Assembly: GCA_047601445.1 (NCBI GenBank)
Contig: JASGJH010000001.1
Span: 1,984,001 to 2,048,000, forward strand
DNA length: 64,000 nt
Reading direction: 5' to 3'
Source of the DNA: Myxococcales bacterium
GTDB lineage: Bacteria > Myxococcota_A > Polyangia > Polyangiales > DASUME01
A program made the position numbers and the translations under genes. The notes below the pieces were generated by a model. The model did not search any database. It had not been told where the DNA came from and saw only the letters and a list, made by a program, of their open reading frames with translations. This document shows, in pieces, positions 44,917 through 57,272 of the stretch; the stretch's first letter is position 1; every line of letters starts with the position of its first letter.

Positions 44917-45705
44917 ATGGGCAGTGGCTTTCGAACCGAGCAGCACGAGGGGATCGCAACGTGGACCTTCGACCGGCCGGAAGCGCGCAACGCCATCGAC
45001 GAGGGCGTGGTCGACGCCCTGAGCGCGGCGCTCGACGCCGCCGAGCACGACCGCGGGCTGCGCGCGGTCGTGCTCACGGGCGCCGGAGATTCGGTGTTCG
45101 TATCGGGGGCCGACCTCAAGTTCCTGCGCTCTGCCACGCCCGAGCGACGTGAGCTCAACGACACCCGCATGCTGGGGTTGATGGACCGACTCGAAGCCCT
45201 CCCCGTACCCGTGATCGCAGCCCTGAATGGCGCGGTGATCGGCGGCGGCACCGAGATCGCCATGGCCTGCGACCTGCGCATCGCCGAGCCGCACACGAGC
45301 CTCATGATGAAGCACGCAGCCATGGGCATCTCCCCTGGCTGGGGCGGCCTGGCACGCATGGCAGGCCTCGTGGGCCGCAGCACATCTGCCAAGCTGTTGT
45401 TCACGGCGCTGCCGGTCGGGGCCGAGGAGGCCCTGCGGGTGGGCTTGGTGGACGAGCTCGCGGCCACCGGAGGGTCCCGTGAGCGCGCGCTCGAGCTGGC
45501 GCGCGCCGTGGCTCAGAACTCGCCGACTACCGTGGCCGAGGTGAAGCGCCTTCTGTGGTTCACCTACCGGGCGGGTCCACAGGCCGGTAGCCCGGAGGAG
45601 CGTGCGTTGTTCCTCGTGCGCCAGGCCAGTCCGGACCACCGCGAGGCTCTCACCGCGTTCTTCGACAAGCGCGGGCCCAACTTCAAGCCGCGCGGCGAGG
45701 GCTGA
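44917..45705 (+). CDS. Enoyl-CoA hydratase/isomerase family protein
   Basis: DRPEARNAI, FVSGADLK and PVIAALNGAVIGGGTEIAMACDLRIA. Confidence 0.92.
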   Translation: MGSGFRTEQHEGIATWTFDRPEARNAIDEGVVDALSAALDAAEHDRGLRAVVLTGAGDSVFVSGADLKFLRSATPERRELNDTRMLGLMDRLEALPVPVIAALNGAVIGGGTEIAMACDLRIAEPHTSLMMKHAAMGISPGWGGLARMAGLVGRSTSAKLLFTALPVGAEEALRVGLVDELAATGGSRERALELARAVAQNSPTTVAEVKRLLWFTYRAGPQAGSPEERALFLVRQASPDHREALTAFFDKRGPNFKPRGEG

Positions 45706-45734
45706 AGCCGCCGATGACTGGGCCTTAAACGCCG

Positions 45735-45769
45735 CGTGCCCGCGCTCGTCAAAGACGGGCACGGGCACG
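45735..45769. terminator. Imperfect 16-bp hairpin between convergent genes
   Basis: CGTGCCCGCGCTCGTC-AAA-GACGGGCACGGGCACG. Confidence 0.5.
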
Positions 45770-45808
45770 AGCGCCTTGCTTGCGCAAGGCTGACACGGGG
45801 ACCGCGTC

Positions 45809-48800
45809 TTACTGAAGGCGCAGCGCGATGCCGATGGCCTCACGCAGGCGGAAGTACTCCTGCGAGACGCTGAACAGGATGAGCTCCTTGGTCTTCTCGG
45901 TGGGCGACAGGTCGTCCGGACCCGCCGACTCGAGCTGGCTCAGCATCGCCACGGAAGCGTCGAGGTCGTTGGACACCAGGAAGCCCGCGCGGCAAGCCGT
46001 GAGCTCCACCGTCTGGATCCAGCGCTTGATGTCCGTGCGCATGCCGCGCTTCGCGAAGATCTTGCAGGCCTTCGCGATCTCCTCGACCTGAGCAGGCTGC
46101 ATCTTGGCACGCAGCGTCGCCCAGACCTTCTCGGCCTCCGGCGTGCCCTCGCCCACCGAACGCATGGCGATGATGAGCGCCTCACGCAGCTCCTGCGCGC
46201 TGGGCAACATCTTGCGGATGTAGTGCTCGGCGCGGTGATACGCGAGGTGGTGGGCCGTGATGAACTGCAGATCCTTCGGCTTGTAGCCGCGCAGGAGCAG
46301 CATGCCGCAGATGCTCGCGGGCGGCGTGACGAGCTCGCTCTTGAGCGAGTACGGCATGTCGCTGCGCAAGAACAGGCGCGGACGCACGTCGGGAGACAGC
46401 ACCTGCAGCGACATGGCGAACGCCTGCGCCACCGAGGCCGTTTCCTTGGCGAAGTCCACCGGCTTGAACTTGGCCAAGCCCGTGGTCTTGTCGGTCACCG
46501 CCGAGTAGCGGCTATCGAACAGCGGACCGCACAGCGAGCGGAAGACCATGGACACTTCACGGTCCTGATCGGGGTGGTAGAGGTCCGACAGCCAGTGCTG
46601 CGCGGTCAGGCGCGAGCTCGGGTTGCCCGAAGCCACCTTGTACTGCTCGTAGAAGTTGCTCTGGTCGCCGTCCGCGCTGCGCAAGAACATCAGCGTGCGG
46701 GCCACGCACCAGGCCTTGTCGTACTCGCGGTTGTCGAAATAGAGCTTGTAGAGCGAGTGGTACGTCTCGGCCTTCTGCGGGTCCTGCCGCAGGAGGTACT
46801 CGAACTCGGCCACCGCGTCGCCGAACTTGTTCGGCAGCTTGGCGTAGAGCTCGGCCAGGATCTGGTGCTCCTGCACGTCCTCGGGCTTGACGTCGCTCGC
46901 CATCTTGAACGCCTGGGCAGACGATTCCATCTGCTTCAAGCGGTCGCGATAGATGAGACCCAGGTTGTGCCAGAGGCTGAACTGGAGCTCCTTGTCCGGG
47001 TTCGGCGTCGCCATCAAGCGATGCAGCATCTTGCGGAAGGCGCGCTCGAGGCCCTTCCAGTCCTTCATCGTGGTGAGCAGCTTGTTGACCGCTTCGAAGG
47101 GCTTGAGCTGCGTGACGTCGAGATCGAGGGCCTCGTTGAAGCGCGCCAGGGCGCCCTCGATGTCCTTGAGCTCGTCGCGCATGATGACGCCGATGGTGTA
47201 GGCGTACTTGGCCTTGGCCGCCGTGCGCTCGTCGAGATCGGCCACGCGCTGGATGATCTCCGTGGCCTCCTTCCACTGCTTGGTCTCTTGGTAGAGCTGC
47301 AGCAGCTTGTGGAGCAACACGTGGTTCTTGGGCTCGATCGACACGGCCTCGGCGATGGCTTCGATGGCCTTGGCGCGGTTGTCGAGCTTGTCCTTCCAGT
47401 GGTCGGCGATCTCCTGCAGGAGCGTGAGGCGCGTGGCCTTGTCCGCACCGTCGAGGAGCTGCTTCTTGTAGTGGATGACCTGGTCCCACGCGTTGTCGTC
47501 CGCGTGGATCTCGATCACGCGCTGCAGGGTCGTGCGGTGCCCCGGATCCTGCTCGAGGGCCTTGTCGAACATGTTGAGGGCCTTGCGGCGCTCACCCTGC
47601 TCGAGCTTGACCACACCGAGCTGATGGAAGGCCTGCACCACCTCGTCGGGCGACAAGTCGTCGCGGTGCTGCATCAACAGCACTTGGTAGAACTTGCTGG
47701 CCTTCTCCCAGTCCTTGAGCGCGAAGTGAGCCTCGGCCAAGCCCTGGATCGTGGGCAGGTGCGTCTGGTCGAGCGTATAGGCCTGTCCGTAGGCCTTCAC
47801 CGCCAGCGAGTGGTCGCCCAGCTTGCCCGCCGCCTGACCCAGCAGGAAGGAGAGCCGCTGATTCTCGTCGGCCGAGCGCTTGGCGCTCTGCTTCACGAGG
47901 AGCTGCAGGAGCGGGAGAGCCTCGGCGAAGCGCTCTTCCTTGACGTAGTCGTCCACCAGGGGCAGCGCCGCGTCTTCGTTGGTGTCGTCGTGGCGCAGGG
48001 CCGCCTCGAAGCAGGCCACCGAGCGCGTGTACTCGTCGAGCCGCTCGCGGTAGATCTGACCGAGCTCCACGTTCAAGCGCGTGAGGACACGCGGCGTGGT
48101 GTGGTGCTGGATCTCCTGCTCCAGGGTGCGCGCCGCCGCGAGCCAGTCGCCGCCGTCGACGTAGACCTTGCGCAGCGCCTCGAGCGAGGGCAGGTGCGTG
48201 GGGTCGATGTCGATGGCGCGCTCGTAGTGCCGCACCGCGCTGTTACGCTCGCCGAGCTTCTCCTCGAGGATGCGACCGATGCGGAAGTGCAGGTCCACCT
48301 GCTGCGCCGGATCGCGCTGCAGCTTGGCCAGGCGCTCCAGGGCATCGATAGACGAGGCGTGATCCTCCGTCTTCTCGTACAGCCGCGAGAGGGCATCGAG
48401 GGCCTCGACGTCGTTCTCGTCGAGGTTGGTGACGTTGAGGTAGGTGTCGATTGCGCGTGCCGGATCCTTGAGCTCCTTGGCGTAGGTGCTGCCGAGGGCC
48501 TTGTAGATCGCGATCTTCTCCGCGCGGTCCGGCGTGGCCGAAACGTGACGCTCGTACGTGTTGAGCACGTCGTCCCAGCGCTGCAGCGTGCGGTAGATGC
48601 GCGACAGGCCAGACAATGCGTCGAGGTGGTTCGGGTCGATCTCGAGGATTTGCTCGAGGCGCTCCGCGGCCTTCTCGGGCTTGACGAACTCCTCTTCGAA
48701 GAGGCGCGCCAACTTGCCGAGGATGGCGATGCGCTCCTTCTCGGTGCGCACGGCCTCGAGCTGTGCCTCGAGGATCTTGGGCAGGTCCGGCCAGCGCTCG

Positions 48801-51800
48801 CGCTGCTGGTACAGGGGCTCGATGCCACGCAGGGCCGCGAGGTTCTGGCCTTCCACGGCCAAGACCTCCTCGTACTGCTGGATCGCCTTGTCCACGTCGT
48901 TGAAGTGGTCGCGGTAAGAGGCCGCGAGCTCGAGCTTGGCTGCCAGTACGATGTCCAGGTCCTCCTGGGACAGCGTGTTGAGCTCGCCGCCGCGGAAGCC
49001 CGCCTTGCGCTTGAGGACCTCGACCAACTCGTCCCACTCGCCGCGCTCGCGATAGATGCGCTCGAGGGCCACGAGGGACGGCAGGTGAGCACCGTCGAGT
49101 TCGAGGGCCTGGCTGTAGTACGTGGTGGCCTGCTCTGGACGGCTGAGCTGCTTCTCGCAGAGCTCGCCGAGCTGCACGTACACGTCCATCTTGTCTTCGT
49201 CGCGCGACGCCACCTCGAGCATGCGCGCGAGCACTTGATAGACGGTGTCCCACTGACCGAGCTGGCGGTAGAGATCCGCCATCTGGCTCATCGCCTGGTG
49301 ATGCGCGGGATCGAGCTGCAGGATCTGCTGGTAGTAGGGGATGGCGTAGTCAGGACGCTCGAGGAAGCGGCCGTACCACTTGGCGCAACGCAAGCAGAGC
49401 GCGATGCGGGTGGACTGCGGGATCTGCTGCGCCAGGGCCTCGTTGGCCGTGGTCAGCACCTGATTCCAGCCCTGAACGGCCTGGGCGAGACGCTCGAGCT
49501 GATCGGCCGAGGGGCCGTACTCGTAGTCCTCGGTCCATGCGACGAGCAAAGCGTCGAAAGCCTGCTGGGCCTCGTCGAGCTTGGTCTCGTAGACCTTGGC
49601 GGTCTTCATCAGGAGCTGGATGCGCGAGGCGCCGTCTTCCACGGCCTCCACGCGAGCCAGGTACAGCTCCACCAGCGACTCCCACTTCTCGCCGTCGGTG
49701 TAGATCTGCTCGAGCTGCTTGAAGGCAGCCTCGTGCAGGGCATCGAGCTCGATCACGCGGGTGAGCGCGCTGACGCCCTTGTCGCGCTGCGAACCGTCCT
49801 CGTCCCAGCTGCGTGCGATGTCGAGCAAGACCGCGACCTTGTCGTCCGCCTCGCTGAGACCGGTGACGCGCCGCTCCTTGACGCCGATGCGCGCCTCCCA
49901 GTCGCCTTCGGTCGTGTGGATGCGCTCGAGAGCGTCCATCGCCGCGAAATTGCGGGGGTTGACGTCGATTGCCGCGGTGTAGGCCTCCACGGCCTCCGAG
50001 GTGCGCTGCAGCGTCTCCTCATAGAGCTTGCCGAGCTCCATGTGGACGGCCTCGCGCTTCTCGGGCGCGAGCGTCGCCGAACCCACGTCGATCACGCGGT
50101 GCAGCGTGTCCACCAGGTCCTGCGTGGCGCCCGCCGCGCGATGGATGTTCGCGATCTCGAACAGAGCCGGCGTGCGGCCCGGATCGAGGTCGAGCACGCG
50201 CTCGTAGCTCTCGAGGGCGCTGCGCGCGCGATCGAGCCGCGCGTACCAAACGCCACCGAGCTCCATGAAGATGCCGATGCGGTCTTCGTCGGTCTCGGCC
50301 ACGTTGGCGCCGCGCTCGAGGATGTCCACGAGGTCGCGCCAGTTGCCCTGCGAGGTGTAGAGCTGTCCCAGGGCCTTGAGCGCCTCGGGATCCTCGCCGC
50401 GCAGGTCGAGCACCTGCTTCCAGAGGTCGATGGCCTTCGCCGGGCTACCGAGGTGCTCCGAGGAGAGCCGCGCCATCTTGGCGTAGATTTCAGCCTGGTT
50501 GGAGTCGCCGACGATCACGCGCAGAGCACGCTCGTAGGTTCCGAACAGGTTGACCCAGTCGCCCTTGGTGGTGAATGCGCGCTCCAGCGCATGGACGCTG
50601 TCCACGTGCTCCGGGTCGAGATCGTTCAGGATCACCTGATACGTCGCGATGGCTTCGTCGAGGCGGCTGAGCTCCACCTCGAGGACCTGGCCGAGGCGGA
50701 AGCTCAGCTCGGTCTTGTCGTAGGCGGACTCGGCAGCGGTGACGCGCAGGCGCAGCACCTCGGCCAACGACTCGAACGCGCCGTGAACCTGGTAGATGCG
50801 GTCGAGCGACTCGAGCGTCTCGTTGTCCGCTCGGTTGACGCCGAGCACGAAGCGATAGCTCTCTTCGGCACGGTGCAGGTCGCTGAGCTCGTTCTCGTAG
50901 ATGCGCGCCAGCTTGCGGCCGAGCGTGACCTTGACGTCCTGCGAGACGCCGTTCGACACCACGTCCGCGTACGTGTTGGCCAGGACGTCCCAGCCACCCG
51001 TCACGCGCGCCAGGCGCTCGACCTCGCTGTCCGTGTGTTCGTTCTGGGGCTCCTCGAGCAACGCGCGCTGCATCCACAGGAACGCCAGCCGCGAGTCCCC
51101 CGCCTTGTCCTCCGCGATCTCGGCCACGCGGTGCATCATGGCCACGCGCTCGGTGGGATCGGGCTGATGCGAAAGCTGCACTTCGTGCACCCCGATCAGC
51201 GCGTTCCAGGCTCCCTGCATGCGGTAGAGCGGCTCGAGCACCTCGCCGATCTCCATCGGCATCTGACCGTCGGCGAACAGCGTCTCGAGCGAGCGCACTG
51301 CCGGCTGGTACTCGGGCGCCGCTGCGAGGATGTCGCGGTACTGACCGACGGCGTCGCTCACGCGGCTCAGACGAGCCTGCAGGACCTGACCGAGTCGGTA
51401 CTGCGTGTTGAGCATGTCGTCGGGCGTGGGCGCGATCTCGATCTCCTTGCGCAGGACATCGGCCAACTCGCTCCACCGACTAGTCGCCTCGTAGAGACGG
51501 TCCAGGGCATTGAGCGCCTCCGCGTGAGCGGCGTCGGCGTCCACCACGATGCGGTAGCGCGCGATGGCGGCGTCGATGTTCTCGACCTGGATCTCGTAGA
51601 TCTGGGCCGAGCGCAGCGCGAGCTGCACGTGGGCGTCGCCGCCGCTCTCCTTGAGCTGCTCGACGCAGGCGTCGTACAGGCGCGTGACCTCGGTCCAGTT
51701 GCCGAGATTCTCCGCCAAGCGCTCGAGGGCCTGTTGTGTGTTGTCATTCGACGGGTCGAACGCGAGGCTGCGACCATAGGCTTCGAAGGCCGCCGGCGCG

Positions 51801-54800
51801 TTCTCGAGCTGGACCTCCGACAACTCGGCCAGGCCGTGCAGGAGCTCCACCTTGCGCGCTGCATCGCGCTCGTAGGTGACGCGAACTTCCTGGACGGCAG
51901 CGAGCTTGGCCCACTCACCGAGCTGACGGTAGACCGGATCGAGTACCTCGGCGGCAGCCAGCGGCTCGCGCTTGCCAGCGATCATGCCCTCGAGGGCAAT
52001 CAGGGTGGCCTCGTGGTCGGGTGACAGCTCCAGGATCTCGCGGAAGCCATCCACCGCACGGGTGGAGTCGCTGAGCTTCTGGTCCCAGAGCTCCGCGATG
52101 CGATAGCGATAGCCGATGGAGACGTAAGGATCGCCGGTGAGGTCCACCTCGCGCTCCAACACGCTCATCAACTCGGTCCAGTTCTCGGTCGCCAGGTACA
52201 GCGCGTCGAGACGACCGATGGCAGCGCGGTCGTCGGGGTCCACCTCGAGGATGCGCTGGTAGGTGTCGATGGCGCGCGCCGGGTCGTTGAGCTCACGTTC
52301 GTAGACGGCGCCGATTTCCGAGTAGATCGCCTTCTTGTCCTCGGGCGAGGAGACGATGTCCGCCTTCTTGGCGTAGGCGGCCATCAGGTCTTCCCAGCGG
52401 CCGAGCTTCAGGTACAGCTCGCTGAGCTGGTCGAGCGAGTGGAGGTCCTCGCCGTCGAGCTCGAGCACCTGCTTGTAGACGTCCACGGCCAAGAGGGGCT
52501 GGTTGAGCACCTCTTCGTGGATCTGCGCCGCGCGGTACAGGTACTGCTTCTGCTCGTCGAGCTCCGACAGCATCTTCGCCTTGGCCAGGCAGATGCCGGC
52601 CAGGGCTTCGTACTGCTCGCTCTGCAGATACAGCCGCTCGAGGGCGCTCGCCGCCTCCAGGTGGTGTGCGTCGTGCTCGAGCACCTTGCGGTAGTGACTG
52701 ACCGCAGCGTGCACGTCGCCGAGCATGTTCTCGCGAATCTGCGCCGCCTTCACGTGCAGCAGCGAGGCCACCTGCGGGTCCACCACCTTCTCGACCTGCT
52801 GCTCGTAGATCTGCGCGAGCTTGGAGGCGTCGTTGGCCGCCAGCGCCACGCGCTCGAGCTGCGACTGCGTGGAGTCGTTGGCCGGGTCCTCACCGAGGGC
52901 ACGCGCGTAAGCGTCGACCGCGCTCGTGAGCTCCCCGAGCTGGGTCTCGTAGAGGTCCGCGATGGTGTGCAGGAGCAACACGCGCTGCTCCACGGCGCCC
53001 GCGTGGCGCGCCTGGATCTCGTGCACTCCGATCAACTTGCGGTACTCCGCCGTGTCCCCATAGAGCGGCTCGAGCACCTCGGCGATGGCCAGCTCGTGCT
53101 CGGGCTTCTGCATGAGACGCTCGAGCGCGCTGAGTGCCTCCGGGTTCGAAGGATCGCGCGACAGCACCTCACGGTAGATCTCGATGGCCGCTTCGACCGC
53201 GCCCATGCGGTGCTCGCGCAAGCCGGCGAGTCGCAGCATGTAGGCGGTCTGCTGGCCGGGATCCTCCGCGAGGTCGAGCTGACGGCTCACGTTGTCCGCG
53301 AGCTCGGCCCACATGGCCTGGCCTTCGTAGAGCTCGTCGAGGGCCGACAGCGAGCGAGCGCTGGCGGGATCGATCTCGAGGATCTCGCGGTAGCGCGCGA
53401 TGGCCTCCTGGGCCTCGCCGAGCTTCTCGCGGTGCACCTCCGCCATCTGGGCCAGTAGCGCTTCCTTGCGGTCCGGATCGGCCGTGAGCTCTGCCTTGCG
53501 ACGCAGCACGCCGAGCAGCTCGTTCCAGCGCTCGCGCACCCGGTACAGGGTCTCGAGCGAGGCGAGCACTTCCTCGTCGGCCGGGTCGGACTCGAGGATC
53601 TTGTTGTAGCAACCGACGGCGCCGTCCATGTTGCCGAGCTGGGTGGCGTAGTGCTCCGCAGCCTTGAGGTAGAGCGAACGCGCGAGCACCGGGTCGGTCT
53701 CGTTCGAGGCTAGCTCCACCACCAGCTTCACGAGCTCCGCGAAGCGGTCTTGCTCGATGGCCAGCACTTCGAGCTGAGCCACCGTGTCTGCGTGCGAGGG
53801 CATCTCGCGCAGCGCGCGCATGTAGGCGTCGAACGAGCGCCCGGCGTTGTCGAGCGGCCCCGCAGCGACCTGCCCGATCTTGGTGAGCAGACGCAGCTTC
53901 TCTTCGGGGCCGTCGGCGCCCACCACGAGCACTTCGAGGGCCCGGATCAGGTTCTCCCACTGACCCGACGTCTCATACATCGGCTCGAGGATCTCGGCCG
54001 CAGCCTTGCCATGCTTCTCGTCGTCGAGCAGGAGCTCGAGCTGTCCGCGCGCGCCGTCGTGCTCCGGCAAGAGCAGGAGGATTCTCGCGGTACAGGTCCA
54101 CCGCTTCGCCAGTGCCTTCCAGGTGCTGCTGCTTCACGCGCGCCAGGCGGAACTTGAGCGACGCCAGCTCCTCGTCGGAGCTCGGCCCGAGATCGATGCG
54201 GCGCTGCAGCACGTCGGCCAAGTCGGAGAACTTGCCAAGGTCCTGGTTCAAGCGTTCCAGGGCTCGGTAGGCGTCGACTTCGTCATCGCCCCAGTCGGCG
54301 ATGATCTGCGTGTAGCAGTCGATGGCCTCGGCGGGCTTCTTCAGCTCGTTTTCGGTGAGCGCCGCGATGTGGTAGGCGAGCTGCTTGCGGACCTCGGGGT
54401 TCTCCTCGAGCTCCTGGCGCTTGCGATAGATCTCGAGCACGTCCGCGAAGCGACCCGTCTGCCGATAGAGCGGCTCGAGCGCCTGCGCCGCACGCATGTT
54501 GTCGGGCTCGGCGTCGTAGACGTCCGCCAACTGCTTGATCGCTTCGTCCACGCGCCCGATCTGGGCAAGCACGGTGCCCGCGCTCAGGCGCAGGTCGGTG
54601 ATCTCGAGCGGATCGGAGGTGCCGTCGATGGCCTCTTCGTAGGCCTTGGTGAGCTTATCCCAGCCGCCCGCCACGTTGCCGGCAAGGCGCGCCGGATCCT
54701 CACGGGTGATCTCGCGCGTCGGCGCGAGCGAGAAGGCCTCCAAGAACTTGGCGAACGCGGTGGTGGGATCCTTGAGGCGCTCCTCGTAGATCAGGCCGGT

Positions 54801-55889
54801 CTCGCGCAGGAGCATCAGGCGCTCCTCCACGTCCTCGACGTGCTTGAGGCGCACCTCGTAGACACCCGCCAGCTTCTTGGCGTCCTTGCCTTGCTCGTAG
54901 ATCGGGCTCAGCGCGACGGCAGCGTCCAGGTTGTTCGCGTCGAGTTCGAGGATCTTCTCGTACGAGCGCGCTGCACGGTCGGCCTTGTCCTTCTTGGTGG
55001 CCCACAAACGCGCCACGCGCTTGATCAGCGAGATGCGCTCCTCGATGGCGACGTTGGCGTCGTCGCCTTCGCGTTCGAACACGCGGATCAGCTCGTCCCA
55101 CTTGTCCTGGGTCGAGTAGAAGTCCTCGAGGGCATCCCAGTCGCGCAAGGCGGCATAGCGCTTCTTGAGCTGCTCCTGGGCGCGACGCTCGTCGGGGCGC
55201 AGGTCGAGCAGGCGCTTGAACGCGCGCACGGCGCCACGGTCGTCGTTGAGCTTGTCTCCGTACAGACCGCCCAGCTTGAGCAACAGGTTGACGAGCTCGT
55301 TGTCGTTGCCGAGCTGGTTGGCCTGCAGCTCCAGCACCTCGGCGAGCGGGCCCCATTCACGGGCCTTTTCGTAGAGTCCGGCGAGCGCTTCCACGGCCTT
55401 GGCGTTGGCAGGATCGTACTCGAGCACCTTGCGCCAGAGCTCGATGCACACCTCGGGCTTGCGCAGACGCTGCGTCGCCAGGTCCGCCACCTCGGCGTAG
55501 CGCAGCGGACGATCGGCCTCGTCGAGGAGCTCGATCTCGGCGCGCATCACCTCGACCAGCTTCTCCCAGTCGCGACGCTTCTCGTACATGTCCTTGAGAC
55601 GCGTGATCGCTTCGACGTTGCTGCGGTCGATCTCGAGCACCCGCGCGTAGCACTTGATGGCTTCCGCTTGGTTCGACGACTTCTCGATGTAGAGCTCGCC
55701 AGCACGCGCGTAATTCGCGACCTTCTCGGCGGGATCCTTGATCAGGTCCGCCTTGCTGATCAGCGTCTTGATCACGTCCGACCAACGCTTGAGGCCCTCG
55801 AACTTCGCGAGGTTCTCGTCGAGCGCCTTCAGCTGTGCCTGCTCTTCTTCGCTCAACTCGATATTCTGGGAGAGATCCTGCTCTGACAC
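45809..55889 (-). CDS. agmK: Giant TPR gliding-motility protein GltI/AgmK-like (~3360 aa); +1 frameshift at ~54082
   Basis: ORFs 53973..55904 and 45809..54070 join at CGC GAG A ATC CTC. Dozens of repeats of the type A..Y..ILE.DP....AL..L..LY.....W..L. Lies downstream of gltD-G homologs. Start GTG 55889 after GGAGG. Confidence 0.82.
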
Positions 55890-56330
55890 CGAAGCCTCCA
55901 TCAAACCAACTCAGCCGCCAACGCCGCGCCTACGCCGGAGCGCTACGCCGTGTGCACGGGCAACGAAACCGACGGGATGTTTTAGTAACCGCCCGTCCAA
56001 ACCAACCGGGCACCCACGCAAATCTTCGAGGTACAACCCGCAACCTGGGCCGCCCTCTTGAGGACGCATCGTACCTCGAATCAGGCTGAACTTTTCCACG
56101 AAAAAACAGCGACTTGGCGCATCCGCCCCAAAGTTGGTGCCGCGTCGCCGCACCTTGTGTGTACCAGGAAGATGTGACCGCCAAAACAGGTAACTTGAGT
56201 GGCGTCGCACTCAGATCGGTCGCCGCTTTGCGGACTCGCACACCGGCGGTCGCTCCATGCGAGCTAGACGGGCAGGCCGAGCGACCAAGGTCGAACGCAC
56301 CACGCCCCCCTACCCGCCCCCACAAACGCG

Positions 56331-56358
56331 AAAAGCCGCGCTCTCGGGCGCGGCTCTT
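56331..56358 (-). terminator. Intrinsic terminator downstream of the TPR lipoprotein gene
   Basis: Minus strand AGCCGCGC-CCGAGA-GCGCGGCT followed by TTT CGCG TTT. Confidence 0.7.
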
Positions 56359-56415
56359 ACATGCGGGACGTCGAAAGCGCGCCCTCGGGCGCGCTAGCAG
56401 AGATCGGCGGGCGAA

Positions 56416-57270
56416 TCAGAAGCCTTCGGACATCTCCGAGAGCTTGTCGCGAGCCGCCTTCTGGTAGTGCTCGGGTGCATCGCCCGCCACCGCCAGGAAC
56501 TTCTTGAGGTAGCGCTTGGCCTCCTCCTTGTTGCCCTGGAGCGCGTAGGTCCAGCCGAGCGAGAAGATGGCGTCACGCATGCCGGGGACGATCTCCAGGG
56601 CAGCGCGGAACTCCTGGGTCGCCAGGTCGAACTTCTGCTGCTGCTGGTAGATGGTGCCGAGCAAGTTGTGGATCTTGGCGGCTTCTTCCGAACCACCCTG
56701 CGCCACCTTGAGCGCGCTTTGCGACACCTGGACCGCGTGGTCGAGGTAGCCGAGGTCTGCGTAGAGCGAACCCAGCGCGTTGTAGGCCGGCAGGAAGCTC
56801 GGGCCCTTCTCGATGGCTTCCGTGTAGCGCTGCAGCGCCGACTGCTGGTCATCCAGCTCCTCGGACACCTGCGCAAGCTTGTAGTACGCCTTGAAGAGCG
56901 TGGGCTCGAGCTGCACGGTCTTCTCGAGGGCCTTCTTGGCTCCCGACCAGTCCTTGAGCTCAATCAGCACGGTGCCGAGCTTCTCCTGGTAAGCCGCGCT
57001 CTCGGGGGCCACCGCGATGGCCCTCGTGAGGTCGTCCTTGGCGCGCTCGAACTTGCGCATCTCCATGTGCACGATGGCCAGGTTGTAGAAGGCCTGGTCG
57101 TTGCTCGAGTCGATGGCTGCCGCACGCTCGAGCTGTTCGACCGCTTCGACGTACTGCTTCTGCGTGGCCAGGACGACGCCCTGGTTCATGTGGTTCATCG
57201 ACTCCACGTTGGCGCGCGAGCAACCCGCACCGAGAGCCAACAGCAGAGTTAGGAAACCGAGCTTGCGCAT
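56416..57270 (-). CDS. TPR lipoprotein (Tgl/PilF-like architecture)
   Basis: MRKLGFLTLLLALGAGC lipobox and ~6-7 TPR units. Confidence 0.8.
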   Translation of the reverse strand: MRKLGFLTLLLALGAGCSRANVESMNHMNQGVVLATQKQYVEAVEQLERAAAIDSSNDQAFYNLAIVHMEMRKFERAKDDLTRAIAVAPESAAYQEKLGTVLIELKDWSGAKKALEKTVQLEPTLFKAYYKLAQVSEELDDQQSALQRYTEAIEKGPSFLPAYNALGSLYADLGYLDHAVQVSQSALKVAQGGSEEAAKIHNLLGTIYQQQQKFDLATQEFRAALEIVPGMRDAIFSLGWTYALQGNKEEAKRYLKKFLAVAGDAPEHYQKAARDKLSEMSEGF

Positions 57271-57272
57271 GA

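Noticed and set aside
46223..52024. 1933-aa + strand ORF opposite gltI (also 54006..55886 and 52439..53458)
   Set aside because: Antisense shadows of the Glu/Leu-rich TPR gene; composition (L/V/E/H/Q-rich) mirrors the reverse-complement codons.
56127..56142. Sigma54-like CGGCACCAACTTTGGG upstream of gltI (similarly TGGCGGCCGCGTTGAA upstream of gltG)
   Set aside because: The conserved -12 GC is missing in both.
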